Below are positions 39,466 to 49,060 of a stretch of 64,000 nt of DNA, one piece after another. The position numbers and the translations under genes were made by a program. Numbering within the stretch: the stretch's first letter is position 1; each line of letters opens with the position of its first letter. The DNA comes from Desulfurococcales archaeon. Its GTDB lineage: Archaea > Thermoproteota > Thermoprotei_A > Sulfolobales > Desulfurococcaceae. The notes beneath the pieces were generated by a model. That model had not been told where the DNA came from. It was given only the letters and a program-made list of their open reading frames with translations, and did not search any database. The stretch covers positions 224,001-288,000 of the forward strand of contig JALVYU010000031.1 of assembly GCA_027022365.1 (NCBI GenBank). Direction: 5' to 3'.

Positions 39466-41325
39466 GTGTATACGTTGATAAGTGGCGGCGTATTAATAAT
39501 AATAGCCCTCATAATCTATGCGATCTTCTACTTCACCCACGGCAGGTATCTACAGAACAAGGTCGTCAAGGCGGACCCCAACAGACCAACACCCGCACAG
39601 AAGCTATACGATGGAGTAGACTATGTCCCGGCAAACAAGTATGTCCTATACGGTCATCACTTCGCCTCGATTGCGGGCGCCGGCCCAATAGTTGGCCCGG
39701 CCATCGCGCTTGGCTGGGGATGGCTCCCATCGATCATCTGGATCTGGTTCGGCAACGTCTTCATTGGAGTAGTCCACGACTACCTCGCCCTAATGAGCAG
39801 TGTAAGATATGATGGACGCAGCATCGGATGGGTAGCCGGCGAGATGCTGGGAAGAAGAGCTATGTTTGTATTCAATAGCTATATATGGTTCGCACTAGTC
39901 CTAGTGGTGGCGGCGTTCGGCTTCGTAATATCAGTATTATTCACCGCCACCGAGGGAGCTGGTCTAACGGCACTACTCCTCTTGTTCTTCGCAGTTATAG
40001 TTGGCTTCCTAATGTATAAGTCCCCTGTAGGGTTCAAGGGAGGAACAATCATTGCTTGGATATTCATAATAATAGCGATATATCTCGGCGTGCAGTGCCA
40101 GCTCAACCACTGGCTCAACCTAACCTTCGACGAGTGGCTGATCATACTATTGATCTACATTATTATCGCGGCATCACTGCCCGTATGGGTACTGCTACAG
40201 CCGCGTGACTATATGAACGCCTACATACTATGGGCCAGCCTGGCGATCGGAGGCGGCGCGCTCATATGGCTGGCGATACAGGGCCAGGGAGCACTGGTGT
40301 TCCCGTCCTTCACTAAGTTCGACGCCAACATTGTAGGCGGGCAGCCCTCGCCCTTCTACCCAACAGTCCCGCTAATAATCGCCTGTGGAGCACTGTCTGG
40401 ATTCCACAGCCTAGTGGGAAGCGGTACGACCAGCAAGCAGTTGGCCAATGAGTTGCACGGATTATTCGTAGCATATAGTGGTATGGAGACCGAGGGCTTC
40501 CTATCAACAATGGTAGTAGGCTCAATGGCAGGGTACGGCGTATATGCGTTTGTCGATGGAATAATCAAGAACTGGAGCAAGGTAAGCGGCTTAGTTGATA
40601 GTATTGCCAAGACCCTAGGAATAGGCAGCGTGACTAACACGCCGAGCTCGGTTCAAGCATTCATGAATGCCCTCGTAAACAACCCGTCTGCCTTCGGTAC
40701 ATGGTATGCTAAGCTGGCTGGTGCCGTAAAATGGAGCGTGATCCCGCGGAGCTACGCCTATGCTGTCAACTACGCATTCGGATGGGATATAACAGTCATG
40801 ACGATCTTCGCCACTCTATGGATCACAGGGTTCGCATTGACTTCGCTTGATACCGCTACTAGGCTCGGCAGATATGCATGGCAGGAGCTAATGGTGCCCT
40901 TGAAGGAAAAGGCTACGGGCGCGTATAAGGTACTGGCTAATAAGTGGGTTGCAGCGGCCATACTTGCAATTGTAGGAATAGCTCTGGCCTGGAGCAAGGA
41001 GTTCTTAATAATCTGGCCAGCATTCGCCGGCATGAACCAGTTGCTGAGCAGCCTCGCACTAATGACGGTCGCGGTGTGGGTTGCCAAGGTACAGAAGGCG
41101 AGCGGGCTAGGAAAGTTCCTAGTGATAGCGCCAGCCGTCTTCATGTGGTTCACCGTAACCATTGCGTTGCTGTGGTACGAGGCGGTAGTTGTTCCCCCCA
41201 TGCTAGCCGCTGGCGGTACCAAGGCTGTAACCGCTATTGTGGTAGCCATAGTGACAGCTATCGGTGTTATACTGAACCTGTACCTGTTCATTCTCTGGGT
41301 GCTGAGAATGAGAAAGAGGGAGTGA
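39466..41325 (+). CDS. cstA: Carbon starvation protein A (CstA) peptide/pyruvate transporter
   Basis: TPA...DGVDYVP, GHHFASIAGAGPIVGP, LPVWVLLQPRDY, IACGALSGFH, TSLDTATRLGR; TTG 39475 is an alternative start. Confidence 0.96.
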   Translation: MYTLISGGVLIIIALIIYAIFYFTHGRYLQNKVVKADPNRPTPAQKLYDGVDYVPANKYVLYGHHFASIAGAGPIVGPAIALGWGWLPSIIWIWFGNVFIGVVHDYLALMSSVRYDGRSIGWVAGEMLGRRAMFVFNSYIWFALVLVVAAFGFVISVLFTATEGAGLTALLLLFFAVIVGFLMYKSPVGFKGGTIIAWIFIIIAIYLGVQCQLNHWLNLTFDEWLIILLIYIIIAASLPVWVLLQPRDYMNAYILWASLAIGGGALIWLAIQGQGALVFPSFTKFDANIVGGQPSPFYPTVPLIIACGALSGFHSLVGSGTTSKQLANELHGLFVAYSGMETEGFLSTMVVGSMAGYGVYAFVDGIIKNWSKVSGLVDSIAKTLGIGSVTNTPSSVQAFMNALVNNPSAFGTWYAKLAGAVKWSVIPRSYAYAVNYAFGWDITVMTIFATLWITGFALTSLDTATRLGRYAWQELMVPLKEKATGAYKVLANKWVAAAILAIVGIALAWSKEFLIIWPAFAGMNQLLSSLALMTVAVWVAKVQKASGLGKFLVIAPAVFMWFTVTIALLWYEAVVVPPMLAAGGTKAVTAIVVAIVTAIGVILNLYLFILWVLRMRKRE

Positions 41326-41378
41326 ATTAGACTACGCTAGAAAGAACAATGTAAGACTAATTTTGTTTTTTAAGCACC

Positions 41379-41399
41379 TATAACATACTGTCTGTTATA
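41379..41399. promoter_or_regulatory. Perfect 7-bp inverted repeat (operator-like)
   Basis: TATAACA-N7-TGTTATA immediately after the T-tract that follows cstA. Confidence 0.4.
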
Positions 41400-41426
41400 C
41401 ACAAGTGCTCACGAGGCGGTAGCTGC

Positions 41427-41699
41427 TTGGTTCTCAAGAAGCTATCTGATTTCTTCGATGCAATAGTATCTATTTTCAAGGGCCGTAGTGTTGAGTATAT
41501 TGAGGCAGAGCTTAGGGAGCTCGAGAACGTTTTCGCACTCATAGTCCTCGGCTCATTCATAGGATTACCCAGCCCTCCGTCCACGATAAGCTTGAGGCTC
41601 CTCCCCTACATGGGGAGAGAGCTTCTCGTGATGAGCAGGATAAGTGAGAGGCTAGACGATATGTTGGGAGAAATGGCCGGGTTGTTCGATATAGCCTAG
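41427..41699 (+). CDS. Small CstA/ArsA-associated hydrophobic protein
   Basis: 90 aa; ELENVFALIVLGSFIGLPSPP..SLRLLPY; GAGGCGG SD. Confidence 0.8.
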   Translation: MVLKKLSDFFDAIVSIFKGRSVEYIEAELRELENVFALIVLGSFIGLPSPPSTISLRLLPYMGRELLVMSRISERLDDMLGEMAGLFDIA

Positions 41700-41715
41700 A
41701 CGTAGGTGGTATGGT

Positions 41716-42699
41716 ATGACACTGATAAGGTTCTTTCTAGGAAAGGGTGGTGTTGGAAAGACTACTTCTGCGGCCGCCTATAGTGTAAACAAGGCTTTAC
41801 AGGGTAAACGTGTACTCGTTGTAAGCCTAGATCCTGCGCATAACCTTGGAGATGTGTTTGATACTGAGCTTGGTGATGACCCGGTTAAACTAATGGATAA
41901 CCTCGTGGCGATCGAAGTAGACTATGATAAGATGATCAAGAAGCACCTAAAGGAGCTTACCGAGAAGATCAAGGACATCTATGGCTACCTGAAAATATTT
42001 AATCTAGACAAGTATGTCGACGTCCTCAAGCACAGCCCGGGAGTCGAGGAGCAGGCTAGCCTTGAGAAGATAATAGAGATAGTCAGAAAGTATGGAGTAG
42101 GCGACAAGGCATTCGATATAATAGTATTCGATACACCGCCAACCGGGTTAACGCTCCGAATAATGGCCCTACCAACTATAAGTCTTATATGGATCGAAAG
42201 ACTCATCAAACTAAGACTAGCTATACTCGAGAGAAGAAAAACTATATCCAGCATAACGGGTGAGCGGTTCGAAATAGAGATCGCTGGGAGGAAGTTCAAG
42301 GTACCAATAAGTGTTAAGGAGGATCCCATATTTAAGGAGCTCATGAAACTTAAAGACGAGTACAATTGGATAAACAAGCGCCTAACCGACCCTAACACGA
42401 CAGCTGCGATCATGGTGATAAATCCTGAAACACTGCCTGTTCTCGAGGCATACAGAGCGGTAAACTTCCTCAAAAAAATAAACGTACCCGTAACCCACCT
42501 GATCGTGAACAAGGTATTAGAGCTAGATACAGTACCCGAACGATTACGGCCGCGGATAGAAGAGCAGGAGATAGCACTAGCCCTTGCCAGGGAGAAGCTT
42601 CCGGGACTAGAAATGATAAAGATACCCTATCTGGAGAGAGAGCCGAGAGGCCTCCAGATGCTGAAAAGAGTGGCGGAGTACTTATCACCTATACCGTGA
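41716..42699 (+). CDS. ArsA/Get3(TRC40) family ATPase, single domain
   Basis: GKGGVGKTT, SLDPAHNLGD, SPGVEE, FDTPPTGLTLR, NPETLP, IVNKV, EPRG; no cysteines. Confidence 0.93.
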   Translation: MTLIRFFLGKGGVGKTTSAAAYSVNKALQGKRVLVVSLDPAHNLGDVFDTELGDDPVKLMDNLVAIEVDYDKMIKKHLKELTEKIKDIYGYLKIFNLDKYVDVLKHSPGVEEQASLEKIIEIVRKYGVGDKAFDIIVFDTPPTGLTLRIMALPTISLIWIERLIKLRLAILERRKTISSITGERFEIEIAGRKFKVPISVKEDPIFKELMKLKDEYNWINKRLTDPNTTAAIMVINPETLPVLEAYRAVNFLKKINVPVTHLIVNKVLELDTVPERLRPRIEEQEIALALAREKLPGLEMIKIPYLEREPRGLQMLKRVAEYLSPIP

Positions 42700-42726
42700 G
42701 AATATTTTTGTCTGGGTGTACATTCA

Positions 42727-43383
42727 TTGGATCCACTTATAGCGATCTTTGTAGTAGTCATATTGCTCGCAGGAGTCTCCGTGGTATGGTTCTATAGGAA
42801 GAGAAAAGTAAACCTCATGATCCTTGAGAAATCAATTAGGATCCTCGAGAAAGTCTACCAGCCCTACGATAAGAAATACACCGTGATAGGGATCTATGTA
42901 GGCTATTCCGCACTGTACAAGGTTTTGAAGAAAGCCTTGAAAACAATAGAGGTAGTCACTCTTCTCCTGCCTCGCCAAAGCCTCATGTATCTCCCTGTAG
43001 CTAAGCTGACATCGAGGTTCGACAAGATCTTCATAATCTATCACTATGACAAAGAGACGCATTTCCCGGGCGAAGCCCACCTTGTCAGGAAAGGATACTA
43101 TAGGCTCGGGATAAAGAGGGCGATACACGGCATAGAGAAGATGCATGTGGAGAAGACGAGAATAGGCGGTAAAGAATACTACATGGTGTACAACAACAGG
43201 AGAGTAGCGGAGAAACTATTGTCAATGATCCAGAACCTCAAGAACCCGCTACTCATACAGCATGCCGCCGTGGTGCCCAAACTGCACAGGCTCTACATAG
43301 CCGCTAAACTAGATATAAGATACCTAGAAGATCTCGCCTCGAAAACATATGTCTTCGCCCAGGAAATGGTGAGTGGACAATGA
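42727..43383 (+). CDS. Single-pass membrane protein (possible CCDC47/DUF1682-like fold)
   Basis: N-terminal TM followed by FYRKRKVN; LLLPRQSLMY motif. Confidence 0.75.
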   Translation: MDPLIAIFVVVILLAGVSVVWFYRKRKVNLMILEKSIRILEKVYQPYDKKYTVIGIYVGYSALYKVLKKALKTIEVVTLLLPRQSLMYLPVAKLTSRFDKIFIIYHYDKETHFPGEAHLVRKGYYRLGIKRAIHGIEKMHVEKTRIGGKEYYMVYNNRRVAEKLLSMIQNLKNPLLIQHAAVVPKLHRLYIAAKLDIRYLEDLASKTYVFAQEMVSGQ

Positions 43384-44216
43384 GTGGGCTGGAGAGACTA
43401 TACAGGGTTTTCAAGTGGGTCGAAGATATAGACACGCCCGAGGGCCGGAAGAGGCTTCAAGAATCAATAGGTAATATTGGTAAAGCAATAGATCATCCCA
43501 GCATAAAGGATCTACTTGCCAGGAAGGACAAGATCACTATAATCGATGTATGTAGTGGTAAAGGAATAGGCTTCATAGCACTGGCAAAAGCTATTCTCCA
43601 GAAACATGATGTAAAAATTGAGATAATAGCAGTTGACCTCAGGCAGTCAGCCCTTGAAAAAGCAGAGGAGTACGCTGAGAAGGAGCTGGGGATAAAGATC
43701 AAGACATTCGTCTATGATGCGACCAGGCTATGGGAGCTGGGAGTTTCTGCTGACATAGGGTTGCTTTACGGCTTCTCAACTCCTCATTTCAACCCATATG
43801 ATATGGTTAAGCTCGCCGCAAGTATGGCGAGTATTCTCGGCCCAGAAGGAGCCTTCTTGGTGGAAGAAGCTGATAGGGTATATAGTATTTGTCAAAGGAC
43901 CGGCTATAAGGACGTTATCCCGGACTATGTCGATGAAGACAGAGTGATATTATCGATAGAAGCGGGTAGAGAACCACTAAAGGGCGTAAACCGGAGATTA
44001 ATAATAGACTTGATAACGGGGAATCGTGTAATGAGCGAGTTTAGGTTGTGGGATATCGCTGGAACAGCCTCTATTCTCTGGTGCTTCTTCAGGCATGTGG
44101 ACTTCATTAAATACAGGCATCCATATTCTGGTCTTCTAGTAGCATGGAAGCCGAGAGGAATAGAGCCTATGCAGTACGCCGAGTATCCGGAGATAATATC
44201 AGGGAGGAATCGTTGA
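43380..44216 (+). CDS. Class I SAM-dependent methyltransferase
   Basis: IIDVCSGKGIG, AVDLR, YDA, LGPEGAFLV; ATGA overlap with the previous gene. Confidence 0.88.
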   Translation: MSGLERLYRVFKWVEDIDTPEGRKRLQESIGNIGKAIDHPSIKDLLARKDKITIIDVCSGKGIGFIALAKAILQKHDVKIEIIAVDLRQSALEKAEEYAEKELGIKIKTFVYDATRLWELGVSADIGLLYGFSTPHFNPYDMVKLAASMASILGPEGAFLVEEADRVYSICQRTGYKDVIPDYVDEDRVILSIEAGREPLKGVNRRLIIDLITGNRVMSEFRLWDIAGTASILWCFFRHVDFIKYRHPYSGLLVAWKPRGIEPMQYAEYPEIISGRNR

Positions 44217-44285
44217 CAGGTTAATGTTATGAATTCCGGGATCAATGTAAAAACAGAACATTATTGGAATTGTAAAGAAATAATG

Positions 44286-46091
44286 CTATGTTGTAACAGC
44301 CTTTGCCAGCCCTGGAGGCGTATCTATCGGCCTACCTAGCTTTACGCCTATCCTGTATGCGAGGAGCTGTAGTGGGATAATGTTCGCTATTGGGGCCAAG
44401 TATTTGATTGTAGGCACTGTACGGACTATATTCTCTCCTTCATCATCCATAGATACGACGAGAAGGTTTGCATCCTTACTCTTTATTTCTCTGACAACCT
44501 TATCATATAGCTCGAGGGCCTGCTCCTCGTATGGCTTTATCAATATAACAGGGAATCCTGGCCTGACGAGCACCATTGGGCCATGCCTTAGCTCGCCCAG
44601 TTGTACTCCCTCACTATGGAGTATAGCGGCTTCCTTCAGCTTGAGCGCTGCCTCCAGTGCTACCGGGTAGTTTATACCGCTACTACTCACGTAGATGTTA
44701 TCCCAATTATTATGAACATCAACGATCCTTGTGACATCTCTATCAATTCTGGATAATTCGTGTTGTAGCCTCTTGGAGAGCTCCTCTATTTCCCCATAGA
44801 TCATTCTGACATCGCCTTGGCCTATCTGGCCTGTATGCACTCCTGTATACGCAGCTAGGATCAAGAGAGTTGCAACGGTTGATGTGAATGTCTTTGTTGC
44901 AGGCACAGCTATTTCGGGCCCCGCGCTTATCGGTAGGTAGACGTTGCTTTCAAGTGTGAGCCTTGAGCCAACCATATTTGTTACCCCGACGACCACGGCT
45001 CCTCTCTGTTTTGCTAGCTTGATGCTTCTTATGACATCGCTTGTCTCGCCGCTCTGGCTCACGGCAATTATGACTGTTCCTGTACCAACGTGTTCAAGGC
45101 CATAGTACGGGAACTCCGCCGCACTGACAACTTCTAGATCGATCTTTGCCAGGTCGGCGAAATAGTAGAGCGAGACCAGGCCGGCGTGAAGGCTTGTACC
45201 GTTCGCGATTACATATACGTTCTTGGCGCCCTGGATGATCATTGCGGCTAGTCTGAGATACTTGTCCATTAGGCCATTGATCGTCTGTCTTAATGCGTGT
45301 GGTATCTCGTATATTTCCTTCAACATGTAATGGGGATAGCCCGCCTTATCCCATAGTCCTGCAGGGTATTTGACCCTCTTTCTTATCAATTGTTTGACTT
45401 CGCCGCCTGTAAGGACATCGTAGACTTTGAATTCATCATGACTAATTACCCCGGCCATATTATCTCCCAGCACGGCAGCTTCTGTGGCGAATCCGTGGAG
45501 GCTTGGGATATCGCTGGATATGAAGAATCCCCTTTGCCCGATACCTATTACGAGGGGCTGACCATGTGTTAGTACATATAACCTGTTATCTCCTTGGAAT
45601 AGAACAGCGAAAGCATATACGCCGTCAATGGTTCTCCCTATACCGATAATATCTTCTATCTTATTTTCTTTCTCTGAGACTGACTCGAGAAGATGCGCGA
45701 GTACCTCTGCGTCTGTCGTGGATGAGAATCTATGTCCTTCCCTGATAAGATCGTCTCGGAGTACTTCATAGTCCTTAATGATGCCGTCCACCACGATAGC
45801 TAGGCTTTCCCTACAATCCTGTAGGGGATGTGTATTATTGTCTTTGGGCCATCCCCTGCTGGCGTATCTTGTATGAGCGATCGCTATCTTGGAGGAGATC
45901 TCCGTTATTCCGATATCCTTCCATATTTTTTCTATATGTCCTGCTTTCTTTCTAACTACGAGTTTACCCTCATCGTCGAGGTAAGCGTAACCGGCTCCAT
46001 CATATCCGCGATATATGAGTCTTCTAAGGCCCTCAAACAATATTTTGCCTGGTAACTTGTCTTTGGAAACAAAACCGAAAATGCCGCCCAT
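44286..46091 (-). CDS. glmS: GlmS-like protein (GATase plus two SIS domains) lacking the catalytic N-terminal Cys
   Basis: YRGYDGAG, HYMLKEIYE, SQSGET, ALKLKE, ELRHGP, LAKAVT; begins MGGIFG rather than MCGI. Confidence 0.88.
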   Translation of the reverse strand: MGGIFGFVSKDKLPGKILFEGLRRLIYRGYDGAGYAYLDDEGKLVVRKKAGHIEKIWKDIGITEISSKIAIAHTRYASRGWPKDNNTHPLQDCRESLAIVVDGIIKDYEVLRDDLIREGHRFSSTTDAEVLAHLLESVSEKENKIEDIIGIGRTIDGVYAFAVLFQGDNRLYVLTHGQPLVIGIGQRGFFISSDIPSLHGFATEAAVLGDNMAGVISHDEFKVYDVLTGGEVKQLIRKRVKYPAGLWDKAGYPHYMLKEIYEIPHALRQTINGLMDKYLRLAAMIIQGAKNVYVIANGTSLHAGLVSLYYFADLAKIDLEVVSAAEFPYYGLEHVGTGTVIIAVSQSGETSDVIRSIKLAKQRGAVVVGVTNMVGSRLTLESNVYLPISAGPEIAVPATKTFTSTVATLLILAAYTGVHTGQIGQGDVRMIYGEIEELSKRLQHELSRIDRDVTRIVDVHNNWDNIYVSSSGINYPVALEAALKLKEAAILHSEGVQLGELRHGPMVLVRPGFPVILIKPYEEQALELYDKVVREIKSKDANLLVVSMDDEGENIVRTVPTIKYLAPIANIIPLQLLAYRIGVKLGRPIDTPPGLAKAVTT

Positions 46092-46429
46092 CAGGTACAC
46101 CCCGATTATCGTACAGATGATATACTAATATTTATGAGCTTGTTAAAAAATATCGTAATATTTTTTACACATTCTATTCTTGGTCTTTTACAATATCTAT
46201 TTGTATAAACACATATGTCCACATATATATGTATTTATCCGTTATATAAAGTATACTAGCAAATATATTTGATATATATGACATATTAGGTTAGTCTAAT
46301 CACTCAGTTATAATTGATCTACATAGTATTTCCTAAAGTTAAATTTTTATAAGAAAGTTTTTTATTGCATTCGCACGGATTTTCTATATTAAATGATAAC
46401 TTTAAGGAAAATGTGCGAAGTGACCTATC
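46092..46429. promoter_or_regulatory. AT-rich divergent promoter for glmS-like and amt, with palindromes and a leader hairpin
   Basis: ACATATATATGT (46221-46232), CAAATATATTTG (46260-46271), TTTTTATAAG at about 46344, stem TTCGCAC/GTGCGAA. Confidence 0.5.
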
Positions 46430-46432
46430 TTG

Positions 46433-47638
46433 ATGGACCCCATTAATACTGGAAATACTGCTTTCGTTCTCTTATCTGCCGCACTAGTAATGATAATGAC
46501 GCCCGGGCTAGGATTCTTCTACGGCGGACTTGTAGGCCGAAAGAATGCCCTGACAATACTGATGGAATCCTTCTTCTCGCTTGGATGGGTTACGATACTA
46601 TGGGTATTGTTCGGCTACTCGCTGTCTTTCGGGCCCGACATAGCGGGAGTTATTGGTGGCGCAAAGTATTTCTTTATGAACAATATCTTCGAGACGACGA
46701 GGATGGCCGCATTCCAGGGACCATTATACGCTTATGTTATGTTCCAGCTAATGTTCGCCGTAATAACGCCTGCGCTGATAACAGGTGCTTTCGCCAACAA
46801 GATGAAGTTCACGGCATGGATAGCCTTCCTGACACTATGGTCGTTCCTAGTATACTTCCCGGTCGCCCACTGGGTCTGGGGAGGAGGATTCCTGCAGAAA
46901 TGGGGCGTCGAGGACTTCGCAGGAGGTATCGTCGTACACGCTACAGCTGGCTTCTCAGCATTAGCGGCCGCGCTGTGGTTCGGTGTAAGTAGGGTTAAGA
47001 ACAGGCCTCACAACCTCATGTGGGTGGCCCTAGGAACAGCTCTTCTGTGGTTTGGATGGTTCGGCTTCAACGCTGGGAGTGCTCTACGCGCGGGTGGTGA
47101 TGCAGCAATAGCCTTCACGAACACGCAGATCGCCGCGGCATTCGCCGCCGTAACATGGGTATTCCTAGACGTCGCACGTGGAGGCAAGATATCGGCTTCA
47201 GGATTCTGCACAGGGGCCATCGCTGGTCTAGCGACTGTGACGCCGACAGCGGGCTTTATCATGCCTCAGGCCGCGATGATAGTAGGTATTGTCGCCGCCC
47301 TAGTCTGTTATGCAGCAGTAATGTATAAGAACAAGAAGGGATGGGACGACGTACTGGATGTCTGGGGAGTCCACGGCATAGGAGGCTACACGGGTATATT
47401 AATGCTGGGGCTATTCGGTACAAGCCAGGTGCTCGGAGAGAACGGCCTCTTCTACGGCAACCCTGTGTTCTTCCTCAAGGAATGGGCCGCGGTGACATTC
47501 GTATCTGCGTATAGCTTCGTGGTTACGTTGTTCATACTGTGGATAATATCGAGGTTTACTAGGGTCAAGGTTCCGGAGTCCGAAATGGAGTCAGGGCTGG
47601 ATGAAATAGAGCTCGGTGAAGTAGCTTATCCACAGTAG
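46433..47638 (+). CDS. amt: Ammonium transporter (Amt family)
   Basis: MTPGLGFFYGG, FQLMFA, DFAGGIVVH, LLWFGWFGFNAGS, DDVLDVWGVHG (both conserved His present). Confidence 0.97.
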   Translation: MDPINTGNTAFVLLSAALVMIMTPGLGFFYGGLVGRKNALTILMESFFSLGWVTILWVLFGYSLSFGPDIAGVIGGAKYFFMNNIFETTRMAAFQGPLYAYVMFQLMFAVITPALITGAFANKMKFTAWIAFLTLWSFLVYFPVAHWVWGGGFLQKWGVEDFAGGIVVHATAGFSALAAALWFGVSRVKNRPHNLMWVALGTALLWFGWFGFNAGSALRAGGDAAIAFTNTQIAAAFAAVTWVFLDVARGGKISASGFCTGAIAGLATVTPTAGFIMPQAAMIVGIVAALVCYAAVMYKNKKGWDDVLDVWGVHGIGGYTGILMLGLFGTSQVLGENGLFYGNPVFFLKEWAAVTFVSAYSFVVTLFILWIISRFTRVKVPESEMESGLDEIELGEVAYPQ

Positions 47639-47790
47639 CGGATTAATGTATCTATGAACCTCTATACGATAAACACATCATTTTTTCATTACTTTCATAT
47701 CATCAGCTGAGTCGTGATTCGGGGAAATGATTAAATTCTCGACATACCAGATAATCAATAGAAGATCTATAGATATAATGATGATCAGTC

Positions 47791-48258
47791 TTGAGCATTA
47801 AGAAGCTGATCCACTACATGGTTGAATATGGTAGAATGCTTATCCTGGCTGTCGATATAGTTATCATAACAGTTATGACTATACTCGTATGCTTAACAAC
47901 CGTGATTATTGTAAGGGATATTATGGGTGTATGGAATTATGAAGCGGTCAGCATAGGAGAGCTACAGATAACGGTTAACGATGTGTTTTTGCTCATAGTT
48001 TTCGCCGAGATTATTAGGAGCATCATAGTTGGTCGCCGTCAGCCCGAGATGTATCTTGTCGCTATAGCGGAAGTAGGTTTTGTAATCAGTATTAGAGAGG
48101 TTATAGCCTCTGTCGTGAGGGGTAGTAAGATCGATATACTCTACGCCTCTATCTCGAGCCTCATTCTAGCAATAGTCCTACTCCTCATGTACAGGTATGT
48201 ATTACCTCATAGGGGAAGCCTTAAAAGGACAAGTTCTACTCATTCCTCTCAGCACTGA
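47791..48258 (+). CDS. PsiE family (phosphate-starvation-inducible) membrane protein
   Basis: Four TMs; DVFLLIVFAEIIRS, IREVI. Confidence 0.78.
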   Translation: MSIKKLIHYMVEYGRMLILAVDIVIITVMTILVCLTTVIIVRDIMGVWNYEAVSIGELQITVNDVFLLIVFAEIIRSIIVGRRQPEMYLVAIAEVGFVISIREVIASVVRGSKIDILYASISSLILAIVLLLMYRYVLPHRGSLKRTSSTHSSQH

Positions 48259-49060
48259 TCTTTTTCCTCAGCAAAATCATGGTTATTGTTATCAGTACAA
48301 TAACCGTGATTACAACTGCAAGAGATTGTTGTCCAAGCAATTCTGGTTGAGACGAGGAAGACGTTGTTGTTATTGATTGTGTTGTGGATGTGTTCAGTAT
48401 AGGTGGAGGAGTTATTGTTGGTGTCGGTGTTGCGGTAGATGTAGTTATCGTCACGGGTGTGAACGATATGTTAACTGCTACGATCATTGATTTGGGAGGA
48501 ATCCCTTGTGAGAGCATTGCGCTTATCTCTCTTCCTGATAGACTTGAATTTGTTACATAGACAACGATCTTATTGAAGACAATCTTGGGTGCCGTAGATG
48601 TTCTGCCCGTGACATTACCGACTACAAGATGTAAAGTTGTTAGCGGGGGTAAGTATACCAAATCATGCTTCCCTGTTTTTCCACCAATATTATATAATAA
48701 AGTATTGTTTTCGAGAATGAGAATATATGCAGTAATATCTTCGCCGATACGGGCATCCCTTATAGGGCCTAGCCAGTGATTTTGATCGCCTGCCATAATG
48801 TAGATTTCAGGGTTTTTATCCGGTGCTTTGAGAATTATTAAACCATAAGCGTAAACACCATTATAAGTCAGGTAGATCGACGCGTAGCCGTAATCACCTA
48901 TATCTTTGACAGTGAATGCCACGGTCAATAATGTATTATTCCCGATAGTGCTTAGCCTTCTTGTCTCATTATAGAGCATACCATGTAGTAGAACATTGCA
49001 TCCAGTTGCAAAGATTAACGACGATAAAAGTATGATCGCTATAATTCTTCTAAGTATTAA
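48236..49060 (-). CDS. Cell-surface protein: signal peptide, beta-rich domain, Thr/Ser linker, C-terminal anchor
   Basis: Frame extends 27 codons above ATG 48979 to give RRIIAIILLSSLIFATGC; GGAGGTGA SD but start codon is TTA/ATA. Confidence 0.65.
   Translation of the reverse strand, partial: LILRRIIAIILLSSLIFATGCNVLLHGMLYNETRRLSTIGNNTLLTVAFTVKDIGDYGYASIYLTYNGVYAYGLIILKAPDKNPEIYIMAGDQNHWLGPIRDARIGEDITAYILILENNTLLYNIGGKTGKHDLVYLPPLTTLHLVVGNVTGRTSTAPKIVFNKIVVYVTNSSLSGREISAMLSQGIPPKSMIVAVNISFTPVTITTSTATPTPTITPPPILNTSTTQSITTTSSSSQPELLGQQSLAVVITVIVLITITMILLRKKISAERNE

Noticed and set aside
41716-42699. Arsenite-pump ATPase ArsA
   Set aside because: No cysteines, single domain, no ars genes nearby.
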